A DNA stretch of 64,000 nucleotides, from assembly GCA_050946275.1 (NCBI GenBank), contig JBMNUM010000007.1, positions 21,779 through 85,778 on the forward strand, written 5' to 3'. Each line of letters opens with the position of its first letter. Position 1 is the first letter of the stretch. This document shows positions 10,166-20,751 of this stretch, in pieces. Source of the DNA: Coriobacteriales bacterium (lineage in GTDB: Bacteria; Actinomycetota; Coriobacteriia; Coriobacteriales; CADBOM01). The notes under the pieces were generated by a model that was not told the origin of the DNA, ran no database searches, and saw only the letters and a program-made list of their open reading frames with translations. The position numbers and the translations under genes were made by a program.

Positions 10166-10538
10166 GCCAATCCTCCTCCTAATAGAACTTGCAACGGGAT
10201 CTCTATGCCGCCGTCCTCGACGCTCGCATTTGCCGCGAGCTCGAGAATTCGCCGGATTCAGCCCCTCTTTGGCAGTTTAGGAAAGCGGAAATATGCAGTC
10301 AAACATAATAATTATACCTACTAATTTACTATGAATATATGAATATAGGCATAACCAAGCGCTGAAATATGCAAAACATTCTTATTACTTGCGTTCTGCG
10401 CCCGCCAATTCGCCTATTTGATAAAAACGTATTCATTTTTCGGTTTCGGCGAATGTTGCGGATGTGCTAGCAGCCACCGTGCTTCCCGTTTGTGTTCCAC
10501 CAAATTGCGCTGCATGCAAACAAAATGCGCGACTTCCG

Positions 10539-11018
10539 CTACGCCCTCCGTCTTCGTCGCCCACCGGGCAGGAAGAGCGCGGCCACGCCGACTGCGCTAG
10601 CCGAGGCGACCACGTCGACGAGCCAGTCGTGGATGTCGGGGGAGCGCCCGTCGACGTAGATCTGGTGAATCTCGTCGGTCGTTGCATAGGCGGCGACTAT
10701 CAGCACGGTGAAGATCGCGGCGGCGGGCAGGCTCATGTGGTGTCGCAATGCGTTGGTGATGAGGCCGCCGAAGATGAAATACTCGCAGAAATGCCCGATG
10801 GGGGAGGGGTCGATCGGCCGTCCCAGATAGGACGACAGCTTCGAGGCAAGCCAGGTGTACGCCGCGCCGAGCAGGCCCTGGCCAGCATCCAGGTATGCGC
10901 TCGTGCGGGAGCTCGCATAGTAGATGGCCGCGGCCCACAGCACCACGAGCGTCCATGCGACGATGGCCGAGAAGCAGCCCGGCCCCTCGCGTCGCTCGTA
11001 TGTCTCCTCCTCGTACAT
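10539..11018 (-). CDS. VanZ family membrane protein
   Basis: GHFCEYFIFG, YATTDEIHQIYVDGRSPDIHDWLVD motifs. Confidence 0.9.
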   Translation of the reverse strand: MYEEETYERREGPGCFSAIVAWTLVVLWAAAIYYASSRTSAYLDAGQGLLGAAYTWLASKLSSYLGRPIDPSPIGHFCEYFIFGGLITNALRHHMSLPAAAIFTVLIVAAYATTDEIHQIYVDGRSPDIHDWLVDVVASASAVGVAALFLPGGRRRRRA

Positions 11019-11203
11019 GACGCAAGATGATAGCGGACTGATGTGGAGGGTTCATGATGGCCGGCGGGCAGACCGTGGGCGGAGAGGGAGGCCTCGTTCG
11101 CCTTGACCTGAAGCTTCATGGGGGAATGGGAAATTAATGTCCGGAGCTTGTGCTACCGTTCACTTGTACGAAAAACCGCCGCACAACGGGAAGGGGGGCT
11201 GCC

Positions 11204-12382
11204 GTGAGATTCATGCACCTTGGCGACCTGCACCTGGGCAAGCGCGTCAACGGATTCTCCCTGCTCGAGGACCAGCGCGCCGTCTTGGCGGAGATTCGCG
11301 ATATCGTGCGAGAACGTGATGTCGAAGCGGTCCTCATTGCCGGTGACGTTTACGACCGGCCGACTCCGCCCGTATACGCGGTCGAGCTTGCAGACGAGTT
11401 CATCACGGATCTCGTCGAGAGTGGCGTGCGGGTTTTCGTCATCGGGGGCAACCACGACAGCACGGCCCGTCTTGCGTTCGCCTCTCGCATCACGCGCGAG
11501 AAGGGCCTGGTCATCGCCAAGCCCTACGATGGGGCTCTCGAGTGGTTCGACCTCGATGACCCGGCGGGCAAAGCGCCCGTTCGCGTGCATCTTCTGCCTT
11601 TCGTGACGCCCCTCGACGTTCGGAGGTTCTTCGACGATCGCGAGGTCTCCACGTATGATGAGGCGGTCGCAGCCGTGGTGGAGCATGCCGAGATGGGGCC
11701 GGGGGCCAACATCCTCGTCGCCCATCAGCTCGTTCTCGGATCGGGCGAGGTGACGCGCAGCGATTCCGAGCAGATCAGCATCGGCGGCGTCGACGAGGTT
11801 TCGGCATCGCATTTCGATGGATTCGACTACGTGGCGCTTGGTCATCTGCACGCCCCGCAGTGGGTCTGCGGCAAGGATGGCTCTGGGACGGTGGTGCGGT
11901 ACTGCGGCTCGCCGCTGAAGTACTCGTTCTCCGAGGTGTCCCAGCGCAAGGCGGCGACTATCGTCGACGTGGACGCGGATGGCGCTCACGTCGAGGAATT
12001 TCCCCTGCATGCGGTGCACGATATGCGCGAGCTCTCGGGGACGATCGACGAGATGCGCGCCGCCCTCGAGGAGGACCCGTCGCTTTCCGACTGCTATATG
12101 CGGGCCATCCTGACCGAGCCCGTCGTCAACGCGAAGGCCAAGCTGGCCGATCTCTTCCCGCTCATCATGCGCATCGAGTTCGACTATGTCTCGGGTGAGA
12201 GCGCCGCCGCGCCTCCCGCGATCGAGAATCTCGAGCAGGCGGATCCGACGGAGGTGTTCGCATCCCTGTTCAAGAGCGTCAACGGACGCGATATGGACGA
12301 GGACGAGTCCGAGGCGCTCGGTGCTGTGCTCGAGCGCATGGTTGCCGCTGAACGCGATGAAACGGAGGGAGGCGCAAGATGA
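11204..12382 (+). CDS. sbcD: Exonuclease SbcCD subunit D
   Basis: GDLHLGK, AGDVYD, GNHD, LGHLH, YCGSPLKYSFSE phosphoesterase motifs; GTG start. Confidence 0.95.
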   Translation: MRFMHLGDLHLGKRVNGFSLLEDQRAVLAEIRDIVRERDVEAVLIAGDVYDRPTPPVYAVELADEFITDLVESGVRVFVIGGNHDSTARLAFASRITREKGLVIAKPYDGALEWFDLDDPAGKAPVRVHLLPFVTPLDVRRFFDDREVSTYDEAVAAVVEHAEMGPGANILVAHQLVLGSGEVTRSDSEQISIGGVDEVSASHFDGFDYVALGHLHAPQWVCGKDGSGTVVRYCGSPLKYSFSEVSQRKAATIVDVDADGAHVEEFPLHAVHDMRELSGTIDEMRAALEEDPSLSDCYMRAILTEPVVNAKAKLADLFPLIMRIEFDYVSGESAAAPPAIENLEQADPTEVFASLFKSVNGRDMDEDESEALGAVLERMVAAERDETEGGAR

Positions 12383-15183
12383 GGCCGACGAAGCTCACGA
12401 TGAGCGCCTTCGGGCCATATGGCGGCACGGAAGAGCTTGACCTCTCGAAACTCGGCGAGACGGGAATCTACCTCATAACCGGCCCCACGGGTTCGGGGAA
12501 GACGAGCATCTTCGACGCGATCTGCTTCGCTCTCTACGGGCGGCTCAGCTCAAAGACGCGCGATGCCTTCCTGTTCCAGAGCGACCATCGCGAGGATGCG
12601 CTCGAGATGTCCGTGGAGCTCGAGTTCGAGATTCGAGGCGCGAGCTATACCGTGAGCCGCAAGTTCAAGCGCCGTAAGGAGCGGGCGACGGGAGAGTACG
12701 TCTTCGACCCCAAGCAGGCTGTCGAGCTCGTATGGCCGGACGGCTCGGCTACGAGCGGGCCCGCCCAGGTCAATCCCCAGATCGAGGAGCTCATCGGACT
12801 CGACTTCGACCAGTTCACAAAGATCGTCATGCTCTCGCAGGGTGAGTTCAAGCGCTTCCTCGAGGCGAGCTCGGCCGAGCGGAGCAAGATCTTCGCCAAC
12901 CTGTTCGACACCTCGTTGTACCGGCGCGTGATGGACGCGCTGAAGACCGAGCGCGATGAGCTCGCAGAGGAGCTGCGGGAGCAGGAGCGGCTGATCATGG
13001 CCTCGCTGCGGTCTGCCGTGTTCTCGGAGGATGGCGAGGCCCGGGATCGGTTCAACGCCGCCCTCGAGCGGGGCTCGCTTGGTGCCGCGGATGCGCTGGC
13101 CGAGCTCGACTTGCTCATCGAAGCCGATGATGGGAGTGCCAACGAGCTACGAAAGCAGCGCACGAAGGCAATCAACGAGATCAAGCAGGTTTCGGAGAAG
13201 GTGGGCAAGGCCAAGCAACGCGAGAAGGCGGCCGTGGAGCTCGACAAGGCAAGGGTTGCGCTCGACCAGGAGGAAGCGGCGCTGCCGGGTCTTGAAGAGG
13301 TCGTTCGCGAGCAGGAGGCATCGGCTCCGGAGAGGGACCGCCTCTTCTCGGAAAAGGCCATCATCGAGGACAGCTTCAACTCGTATAGGGAACTCGAGGA
13401 CGAGAGGGCTCGTCTCGAGAAGGCGAAGGTGGAGCATGATGGCGCGCAGAAGATGCTCGAGGATGCCAGGACCGAGTATGGAGGCATTCGAGACGAGCTG
13501 GCCCGCCAGCGTGAGATCATCGAACTCAACGAGGACGCGCCTACCGAGCTCGAGAAAGTGCGTGCCTCGATTGACAAGACCCGCTCCGAACTGACCGACG
13601 TGCAAAACGCCATCGTCGGCTGCTCAGTGCACAAGACGAATCTTGACAAGCTGGCCAGTGTGCGAGAGGAGAGCATCCGGACTAACGAGGCTCTCGCCGG
13701 CGCATCGGCGATCCGCCAAAGGCTCGAGAACTCATATCTCAATGCGCAAGCCGGCATCTTGGCACAGGGGCTTATCGACGGGGAGCCCTGCCCCGTATGC
13801 GGTTCGCGGGAGCATCCCGACAAGGTGCATCTGGCGGAGGACGCGCCGACTCCCGATCAAGTCGACGACGCCCGCACAGCCGAGGAGAGCGCGCGCAATC
13901 TTGCGTATGAGGTCGTCCAGCAGGTGGCGAAGCGTGAGGAGGCCGCCCGGAAGTCCTCCGAGGATGTGCGCGCCGCAGCCTCCTCCCTGCTCGGAGAACC
14001 CATGGGACCCGAGGCGGATTCCACGCTCGATATGCGAGCCTGCGCGCGCATCGAAGAGCGCCTGGATGCGCTGTTCCGTTCGGTCAAGGCCAACCTCGGG
14101 GGATTGAATGGAAGCATGAAACGGTTCGAGGCGGCGAGCCGTGCGTATCGTGCCGCGCTCGCCAAGCGCGATGAGCTCGATAAGCAACTGACGCAAACGC
14201 GTGCCTCGGGAGAGCGGCTCTCGCAAGACGTTGCGCGACTTGGCGCCGATGTCGATCATCTGCAGAAGTCCGTGGCCTCGATGGCGGCGAAGTTGTCCTA
14301 CCCGACAGTCGAGGCCGCCCATGCGGCAGCAGCGGAACTTGGGCGCAGGGTCGATGCGATGAAGCAAGCCCATGAGAAGGCCCTCTTCGATCGCGATGAA
14401 TGCCACAAGCGCATCGCCGCCGCGCAGGCTTCTATCGAAGCCAACGAAAAGCAACTGCACGGGACCAAGATGGTTCCCTCATCAGAGCTCGAAGCGCGGG
14501 CGAGCGAGCTCTCGGCCGAGCAAAAGGCGCTCGATCGCGCGCTGCAGGCTGTCTCGAACAGGATCTCGCTCAACAAATCCGCCCGCGACGACGCCGGCAA
14601 ACGACTCGCCTCGATCGCCGTGCTCGAGGAGCGTTTGGCAGTGGTCGCATCGCTGGCGGATACGGCGCTCGGCAACGTCAAGGGTACCGAGCGCATCCCG
14701 CTGGAGACGTACGTGCAGACCGTGTTCTTCGACCAGATGCTCGAGTTCGCCAACCAGCGTCTGACGGGCATGAGCGGAGGCCGCTACCTGCTGGTCCGAC
14801 ATGAGGGCGATTCCCGCAAGGCGGCCAAGGGCGGTCTCGACCTCGACGTGCTCGACAACGACACGGGGCAGGTGCGAAGCGCGAGCACGCTCTCTGGAGG
14901 CGAGAGCTTCATCGCGGCGCTGTCGCTCGCGCTCGGTCTCTCGGACGTAACCCAGGGTTATGCCGGCGGCATCGACCTCGAGTGCATGTTCATCGACGAG
15001 GGCTTCGGATCGCTCGACGAGGATGCGCTCGAATTGGCGCTCGGCACGCTTGCGCAGATCGGCGCCGAGGACAAACTCGTGGGCATCATCTCGCACGTGG
15101 AGGAGCTCAAACGCGTCATCCCCCGCAAGATCGTGGTCGAGAAGACGCGCGACGGGAGCCACGCCGCCCTGCAGCTGGGGTAG
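12379..15183 (+). CDS. sbcC: Exonuclease SbcCD subunit C (SMC-like ATPase)
   Basis: Walker A GPTGSGKT, coiled coils, CPVCG hook, LSGGE signature, FIDEGFGSLD; overlaps the sbcD stop. Confidence 0.95.
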   Translation: MRPTKLTMSAFGPYGGTEELDLSKLGETGIYLITGPTGSGKTSIFDAICFALYGRLSSKTRDAFLFQSDHREDALEMSVELEFEIRGASYTVSRKFKRRKERATGEYVFDPKQAVELVWPDGSATSGPAQVNPQIEELIGLDFDQFTKIVMLSQGEFKRFLEASSAERSKIFANLFDTSLYRRVMDALKTERDELAEELREQERLIMASLRSAVFSEDGEARDRFNAALERGSLGAADALAELDLLIEADDGSANELRKQRTKAINEIKQVSEKVGKAKQREKAAVELDKARVALDQEEAALPGLEEVVREQEASAPERDRLFSEKAIIEDSFNSYRELEDERARLEKAKVEHDGAQKMLEDARTEYGGIRDELARQREIIELNEDAPTELEKVRASIDKTRSELTDVQNAIVGCSVHKTNLDKLASVREESIRTNEALAGASAIRQRLENSYLNAQAGILAQGLIDGEPCPVCGSREHPDKVHLAEDAPTPDQVDDARTAEESARNLAYEVVQQVAKREEAARKSSEDVRAAASSLLGEPMGPEADSTLDMRACARIEERLDALFRSVKANLGGLNGSMKRFEAASRAYRAALAKRDELDKQLTQTRASGERLSQDVARLGADVDHLQKSVASMAAKLSYPTVEAAHAAAAELGRRVDAMKQAHEKALFDRDECHKRIAAAQASIEANEKQLHGTKMVPSSELEARASELSAEQKALDRALQAVSNRISLNKSARDDAGKRLASIAVLEERLAVVASLADTALGNVKGTERIPLETYVQTVFFDQMLEFANQRLTGMSGGRYLLVRHEGDSRKAAKGGLDLDVLDNDTGQVRSASTLSGGESFIAALSLALGLSDVTQGYAGGIDLECMFIDEGFGSLDEDALELALGTLAQIGAEDKLVGIISHVEELKRVIPRKIVVEKTRDGSHAALQLG

Positions 15184-15283
15184 GGAAGCGCCGAGTGCAT
15201 GCAGAAGCCAATCGATTCCGAGGCTGCTTTCTCGGCTACACTTGTGCTTGTCGATTATTTGTGTGTGCGAGATGGGGGTTTCG

Positions 15284-16204
15284 ATGCGGTGGTCTGACAT
15301 CGTCGAGGAGCGCCGACAGGCAAAGCTGGCTGACGAGGTGCTGCGCGCGCAGGCGCTTGCGAGCGACGGCAAGGCCTCGCTCGTCTTTATGGGAACCGGT
15401 GCGGCTTGTGGCGTGCCAACGTTCTATTGCGGTTGCAAGGCATGCGAGGAGGCGCGGGTCAATCCGCGCGCCCGGCGCACCTGCTGTTCGATTGCCCTCG
15501 TCGGAACGGGCCTTGGCCCGGGTGGCGACGCGCCGGTGACGCTTATCGACGCCTGTCCGGATGTGCATGCCCAGCTTGCACGCGAGGGCATCGAGGATGT
15601 CGAGCGCGTCCTGTTCACGCACGAGCATTTCGACCACGTCGGCGGGGTTCCCCAGCTCGAGCTCTACGTGCGCCTCAAGCGCAAGGAGCCGCTGCCGTTC
15701 TATTGCAACGAGCAGACTCTCGCTCATATCGCGGAGCACGATGCCTTCATGGCCGACACGTTCGACCTGCGGCCGCTTGCCCTGGGCGAGACGTTGGCGT
15801 TCGGCGGCATCTCCTACACGCCCATCGCTGCCACGCATTGCCCGGGCTGCTTCGGTTACTTGATCGAGGTTTCCCCCGAAGCCTCTCGCACGGGACGGTC
15901 CGTCCGCATCGCCTATCTGCCGGACACGGCATACCCCTGCCCGGAGACCTTCTATGCCATCGAGGGCGCAGACATCCTGATCGTCGACGCCACGTTCAAC
16001 GCCGGCAACTGGATGCCGACGCAGCACCTCTCCATAGACAAGGCCATCGAGCTCGCCGATGAGCTGGGCGTCGGCCACTGCTATCTCACGCATCTCTCGA
16101 TGCAGTTCGACGAGCCGATCACGCTCGAGGAGCTCGACGCGAAGCTCGCGGCGCACGGCACGCGGACGACAGCCGCATACGACGGCCTGCGCATCGATTT
16201 GTAG
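15284..16204 (+). CDS. MBL-fold metallo-hydrolase (PhnP/YycJ-like)
   Basis: MGTG..GVP..CGCKAC zinc motif, THEHFDHVGG, THLS. Confidence 0.88.
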   Translation: MRWSDIVEERRQAKLADEVLRAQALASDGKASLVFMGTGAACGVPTFYCGCKACEEARVNPRARRTCCSIALVGTGLGPGGDAPVTLIDACPDVHAQLAREGIEDVERVLFTHEHFDHVGGVPQLELYVRLKRKEPLPFYCNEQTLAHIAEHDAFMADTFDLRPLALGETLAFGGISYTPIAATHCPGCFGYLIEVSPEASRTGRSVRIAYLPDTAYPCPETFYAIEGADILIVDATFNAGNWMPTQHLSIDKAIELADELGVGHCYLTHLSMQFDEPITLEELDAKLAAHGTRTTAAYDGLRIDL

Positions 16205-16237
16205 AGGATATCCATGCCACGGAAGGGGGGCGCGGAG

Positions 16238-17395
16238 ATGAGGATGAGGCGCCACGCGCTCGGAAACACGGGCATCGAGGTTGGGGAAATCGGTTTTGGA
16301 GCCGAGTGGATAGGGGAGCTCGACGACGAGGTCACCTTTGCGATGATGGATAGGATCGCGGCGGCTGGCGGCAATCTCGTCGATTGCTGGATGGCCGATC
16401 CCAAGATTCGCACCTCGTTGGGCAAGTCGCTCGCCGGCCGGCGTGGCGAATGGATTATCCAGGGCCATGTGGGCGCCACGTGGCAGGACGGGCAGTATGT
16501 CCGGACACGCGATGTCGAGCAGTGCAAGGTCGCCTTCGACGACCTGCTCGAGCGGCTGCAGACGGACCACGTCGAACTTGGCATGATCCACTATGTCGAT
16601 GAGATGGCGGATTTCGAGAACCTCATGGGCAACGGCTATATCGATTATGTCCACGAGCTTCACGATCAGGGCGTGATCGAGCATGTGGGCTTCTCCACCC
16701 ACAGCGCAGTTGTGGGCAAGGCCGCCGTGCTCTCGGGCGAGATCGAGATGATGATGTTCTCGATCAATCCCGCATACGACATGATGCCTGCGGTGAGCCG
16801 AATCGAGGAACTCAGCGGAGAAGGAGGAGGATACGACCTGCTCGAAGGAGGCGTCGACCCCGAGCGAGCGGAGCTCTATGCGATGTGCGCGGAACGGGGT
16901 ATCGGCCTCACGGTCATGAAAGGGTACGCGGGCGGCATGCTGCTCGACGCCTCGAAGTCTCCTTTCGGCGTGGCGATGACGCCCGTGCAGTGCATACACT
17001 ACGCGCTCACGCGCCCCTCCGTGTGCAGCGTGCTCGCGGGGACGAAGAGCGTCGCCCAGGTCGAGGATGCGCTCGCGTATTGCAGCGCATCGCCGGAAGA
17101 GCGTGATTACGAGAAGGTTCTTTCCGAGGCACCGCGCCATTCGTATCGCGGTCAGTGCATCTACTGCGGCCATTGCTCGCCGTGCTCTGTTGGCATCGAT
17201 ATCGCGCTCGCCAACAAGCTGCACGATCTTGCAGTCGCTGCCGACACCGTCCCCGCTTCGGTTCGGGAACACGTGCGCAACATGAGCGCGAGCGCTTTCG
17301 ATTGCACGGGTTGTCGCGATTGCGAGTCCCGCTGTCCGTTCGGCGTTCCGATTGCGGAGAAGATGGCCGCCGCCGCAGCTTTGTTCTCGGCATGA
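16238..17395 (+). CDS. Aldo/keto reductase with C-terminal 4Fe-4S dicluster
   Basis: AKR N-terminus (LGNTGIEVGEIGFG) plus CIYCGHCSPC and CTGCRDCESRCP. Confidence 0.9.
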   Translation: MRMRRHALGNTGIEVGEIGFGAEWIGELDDEVTFAMMDRIAAAGGNLVDCWMADPKIRTSLGKSLAGRRGEWIIQGHVGATWQDGQYVRTRDVEQCKVAFDDLLERLQTDHVELGMIHYVDEMADFENLMGNGYIDYVHELHDQGVIEHVGFSTHSAVVGKAAVLSGEIEMMMFSINPAYDMMPAVSRIEELSGEGGGYDLLEGGVDPERAELYAMCAERGIGLTVMKGYAGGMLLDASKSPFGVAMTPVQCIHYALTRPSVCSVLAGTKSVAQVEDALAYCSASPEERDYEKVLSEAPRHSYRGQCIYCGHCSPCSVGIDIALANKLHDLAVAADTVPASVREHVRNMSASAFDCTGCRDCESRCPFGVPIAEKMAAAAALFSA

Positions 17396-17671
17396 GGCGC
17401 GGCGCGTAGAATCGGCTGTCAGATCGGGCTTTTCTGGCTGTTGCTAGGACGAACGGCAATAATGACGGCTTCTGCCAACCTGTATGGCGTAACATGCGCG
17501 AACCATGATGCAAACGCCCCTGTGAAGTACATCAAGTAGCCGCAGCGAGTCGATAATGACTGTCATTACCGATTCATCCCCGATTAGTCGCGCGTTGCCC
17601 GGCGAATTAGTGGATTCCATCTGTTAGGATTTCCTAGTGTTCCAATCGCTTGAGCAAGAGGGGTTTTTGTT

Positions 17672-19873
17672 ATGAATTCGCCGGCAACGGCTCGCACGTC
17701 CCGTATTTCCCGCATGGCCGCTATCGTCGTCGTCATGCTTTCCGCGATCATCGCGCTGCTGTTGGTTTCGCCTGGCACGGCCCACGCTTCCATAATCTCC
17801 TTCGTTTCCGATTCCACTGCCTATGGCACCGTGTCCAAGTCGTCCGTTAGCGTGGCGGCTGGCAAGAAGATCGGGTCGAAGGCCGCCACCGCCACCGCCA
17901 AGAGCGGCTATCGCTTCGATGGCTGGTATGTGGACGGCAAGCGCGTCGGCACGTCGCTCAGCAACGTCAAGGTCTCCGGAAACGCACTCTATCGCGCGCA
18001 TTTCTCAAAGGCGCGACTGTCCTCGCAGAATCATTCGGGAGCGAAGGCGCTCGACACGATGGGTCTTGTCGTCGACCGTTTCATCTCCGTCGAGGGCAAG
18101 AGCGACAGCGTCATCCTCGCGACGGCGGGCAACTTCCCCGACGCGCTCGCGGCATCTGCTCTTGCGGGAGCCACCGAGTCTCCGGTCGTGCTGACGGAGA
18201 CGAAGGAGCTCTCCCCGCAAGCAGCCAAGCGCATCAAGGCGTCCGGCGCCCATCGCATCATCGTCATCGGCGGCGAAAAGGCCGTGTCTTCCAAGACGGC
18301 ATCGGCTGCCCTGACAATCGCGAAGGCCAACGCAAAGGGCAAGAAGGTCTACACGACCTCCGGCAGCGCTCCCGCCACCGCATCGCTGACGCGCCACTAT
18401 GGCGCCAATGCGGTTGCCACGGCCGCCGACGTCTACCAGGACAACGAGTCTCTCTGGGGTTCGACGATCGTCATCGCGACGGGCGATTCGTTCCAGGACG
18501 CGCTGTCCATCTCCCCGTACTGCTATCGCGAGAAGGCTCCGGTCCTCCTCGCATACAAGGGCAATCTGACCTGGGCCAGCAAGCAAGCGCTTGCGAGCGC
18601 CGCCTCGTCCGGCTCCGCGACCGACGTGATCATCGTCGGAGGCAACAAGGTCGTCTCGCAAGCTTCGGAGGACTACCTCGAGGGCCTGTTCCCGGACCAT
18701 GTGAAGCGCTTGGCTGGCCCGAACGCCTACGCGACGAGTGCCGAGATAGCCAAGTGGCTCGTTAACGAGCAGGGCTTCCAGGACAACCTTGTCGGTTTCG
18801 CCACGGGTAGCGACTTCCGCGACGCCGTCGTGGCCGGTCCGCTGCAGGGTGCATCGAACGCGCCTCTCGTGCTCGTGGCCGATGGCCCGGCATACAAGGT
18901 CGGCGAGCGCTGGTTCGTCGAGCGCGCGCAGTACACGACCGCCCGGTTCTTCGGCGGCGTGAAGGCAGTACCCCAGGGCATCCGCGACGAGGTCGAGATG
19001 CGCCTCGTTCCGACGGACATCGATGCAAGCAAGGGCTGGACCGGCAGCGGAACGCTCGCCGTGAACTATGCCACCTACGCCTATGCGACCTCCACGCGCC
19101 TCTCGACGCCCAAGGGCCTGGCGAAGCGCGGCGCGACCTACAAGTACCGCATGTGCGATAACGGCTGGGTCGCCGTCAGCCTCGGCAAGGGCAAGGGGCT
19201 GGGTTACCTCGCGCCGGGTAGCTGGCTCGAGGTCCCGGCGGACTCCGGTTCCAAGTGGACGATCATGGTCGCCAAAGGCGATCTCAAGGCCTATGCGGCG
19301 CCCACGGACAAGTCCCGCATCGTCAACAAGAGCTGGCTGTTCAAGTACGCCGCACGCGATGCGCGCAAGTACGACAAGGCAGGTGTCTGGTACGCCGTCA
19401 AGACCGCCGGTGGAGCGGAGACCTTCTATGTCAAGGCGAGCCAGCTCCGCAAACCCTCTGCGGGCGAGCTCGGCGCCGCCAAGGTCATGAAGAAGAACAA
19501 CTACTTCGGCAACAACCTCAGGAAGGCATTCAACTGGACGAGGAACCACAGCTACCGCCACATCGACGGCAACAATTACGGTTCCACCAAGTGGGCCGAG
19601 AAGTACGCGGCCGATTTCTTCAAGCGCAATAACGGCAACTGCTACAGTTTCGCCGCAGCGTTCTGCTATCTCGCGCGCCAGCTCGGTTACGACGCCAACG
19701 TCCATGCCGGCTATGTCCCCTCGGCGGCGGGTGGAGCGGCTCCCCATGGATGGGTCGAGATCAAGCGCAGCGGCAAGACGTACGTGTGCGACCCCGAGCT
19801 CGCGTACGAGATACCCAGTCGCAACTGGTATATGAACACTTACGCGAGCGCGCCTGTATCTTATACGCGCTAA
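17672..19873 (+). CDS. Secreted cell-wall-binding repeat 2 (CWB2) protein with C-terminal transglutaminase-like domain
   Basis: Signal peptide ending AHA; three CWB2-like repeats (ATAGNFPDAL, ATGDSFQDAL, ATGSDFRDAV); C-terminal GNCYSFAA...HGWVEI...VCDPE Cys-His-Asp triad. Confidence 0.8.
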   Translation: MNSPATARTSRISRMAAIVVVMLSAIIALLLVSPGTAHASIISFVSDSTAYGTVSKSSVSVAAGKKIGSKAATATAKSGYRFDGWYVDGKRVGTSLSNVKVSGNALYRAHFSKARLSSQNHSGAKALDTMGLVVDRFISVEGKSDSVILATAGNFPDALAASALAGATESPVVLTETKELSPQAAKRIKASGAHRIIVIGGEKAVSSKTASAALTIAKANAKGKKVYTTSGSAPATASLTRHYGANAVATAADVYQDNESLWGSTIVIATGDSFQDALSISPYCYREKAPVLLAYKGNLTWASKQALASAASSGSATDVIIVGGNKVVSQASEDYLEGLFPDHVKRLAGPNAYATSAEIAKWLVNEQGFQDNLVGFATGSDFRDAVVAGPLQGASNAPLVLVADGPAYKVGERWFVERAQYTTARFFGGVKAVPQGIRDEVEMRLVPTDIDASKGWTGSGTLAVNYATYAYATSTRLSTPKGLAKRGATYKYRMCDNGWVAVSLGKGKGLGYLAPGSWLEVPADSGSKWTIMVAKGDLKAYAAPTDKSRIVNKSWLFKYAARDARKYDKAGVWYAVKTAGGAETFYVKASQLRKPSAGELGAAKVMKKNNYFGNNLRKAFNWTRNHSYRHIDGNNYGSTKWAEKYAADFFKRNNGNCYSFAAAFCYLARQLGYDANVHAGYVPSAAGGAAPHGWVEIKRSGKTYVCDPELAYEIPSRNWYMNTYASAPVSYTR

Positions 19874-19927
19874 CGCCTATCATGCGATATGCACAGAAAC
19901 GTGTTTGAAAGAGGAGGAAGTACAAGG

Positions 19928-20650
19928 ATGAAGAAATTCGCGATTGCAATCGTCGTCGCTGCGCTGCTCGGAGTGTTCGCGCTTGCTGGCTGCTCCGCCG
20001 GCCCGCTGGTCATCGGCGAAGAGGCCGAGGGCACGCAGGCGATCGAGATCACCAACAGCACGGAGAAGGACATCACCAACATCGCCATCAAGAACTCCAA
20101 CAGCAGCGATTATGAGGCGGGCCTCATGGGCGAGGGAACGACCTGGGCAGCCGGCCAAACCGCCACGCTCAACGTCGCGCTTCCCGAGGCGACCGACCCC
20201 ATCAGCGCCGACGATCTGACGCTGGCCGATGATGACCCCGCGCGTGACATCCTGCTGCGCGACAGCTGGGACATCCAGCTGACGTTCGCGGATGGCAGCA
20301 CCGCGGAGATGCACAACCTGCTCGTCAACGACATCGCGAAGGCCGAGCTCGTCGCCGACGGCGACGCCGTCTCCATGAAGTACACGAGCAAGGAGAGCGG
20401 CGAGGAAGTTGATTCCAAGGCCATCGAGGAGGAGTACCAGGCTGCAAAGGCCGCCGAGGATGAGGCGAAGGCCGAGGCGGAGAAGAAGGCCGAGGAGGAG
20501 GCCGCGGCTGCTGCGGCTGCCGAGGCCGAGGCTGCCGCGGCGGCGCAGGCCCAGTCCTACAGCTACGATTACTCGAGCGGCGGCTCCGGTGGCGGCTCCG
20601 TGTCGCAGTCGGGCGATTCTTGCGTCGAGGGTGGAGTCGCCCTGCGTTAA
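19928..20650 (+). CDS. Lipoprotein of unknown function
   Basis: Lipobox LAGC after a hydrophobic signal; Ala/Glu helical stalk and Ser/Gly tail. Confidence 0.8.
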   Translation: MKKFAIAIVVAALLGVFALAGCSAGPLVIGEEAEGTQAIEITNSTEKDITNIAIKNSNSSDYEAGLMGEGTTWAAGQTATLNVALPEATDPISADDLTLADDDPARDILLRDSWDIQLTFADGSTAEMHNLLVNDIAKAELVADGDAVSMKYTSKESGEEVDSKAIEEEYQAAKAAEDEAKAEAEKKAEEEAAAAAAAEAEAAAAAQAQSYSYDYSSGGSGGGSVSQSGDSCVEGGVALR

Positions 20651-20751
20651 GCTGCATTCGTCCCTAGCAACGAGAGCGGCGCACGGCTTCGGGCGTGCGC
20701 CGCTTTGCATGCAGGGGGTCGTTTCATCGAGAGGCATTTGAGAGTACCGAC

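Noticed and set aside
7989-10450. Possible genomic island at tRNA-Gly/tRNA-Pro containing the DUF169 genes
   Set aside because: The genes lie on the 5' side of the tRNAs; no integrase and no duplicated tRNA 3' end was found.
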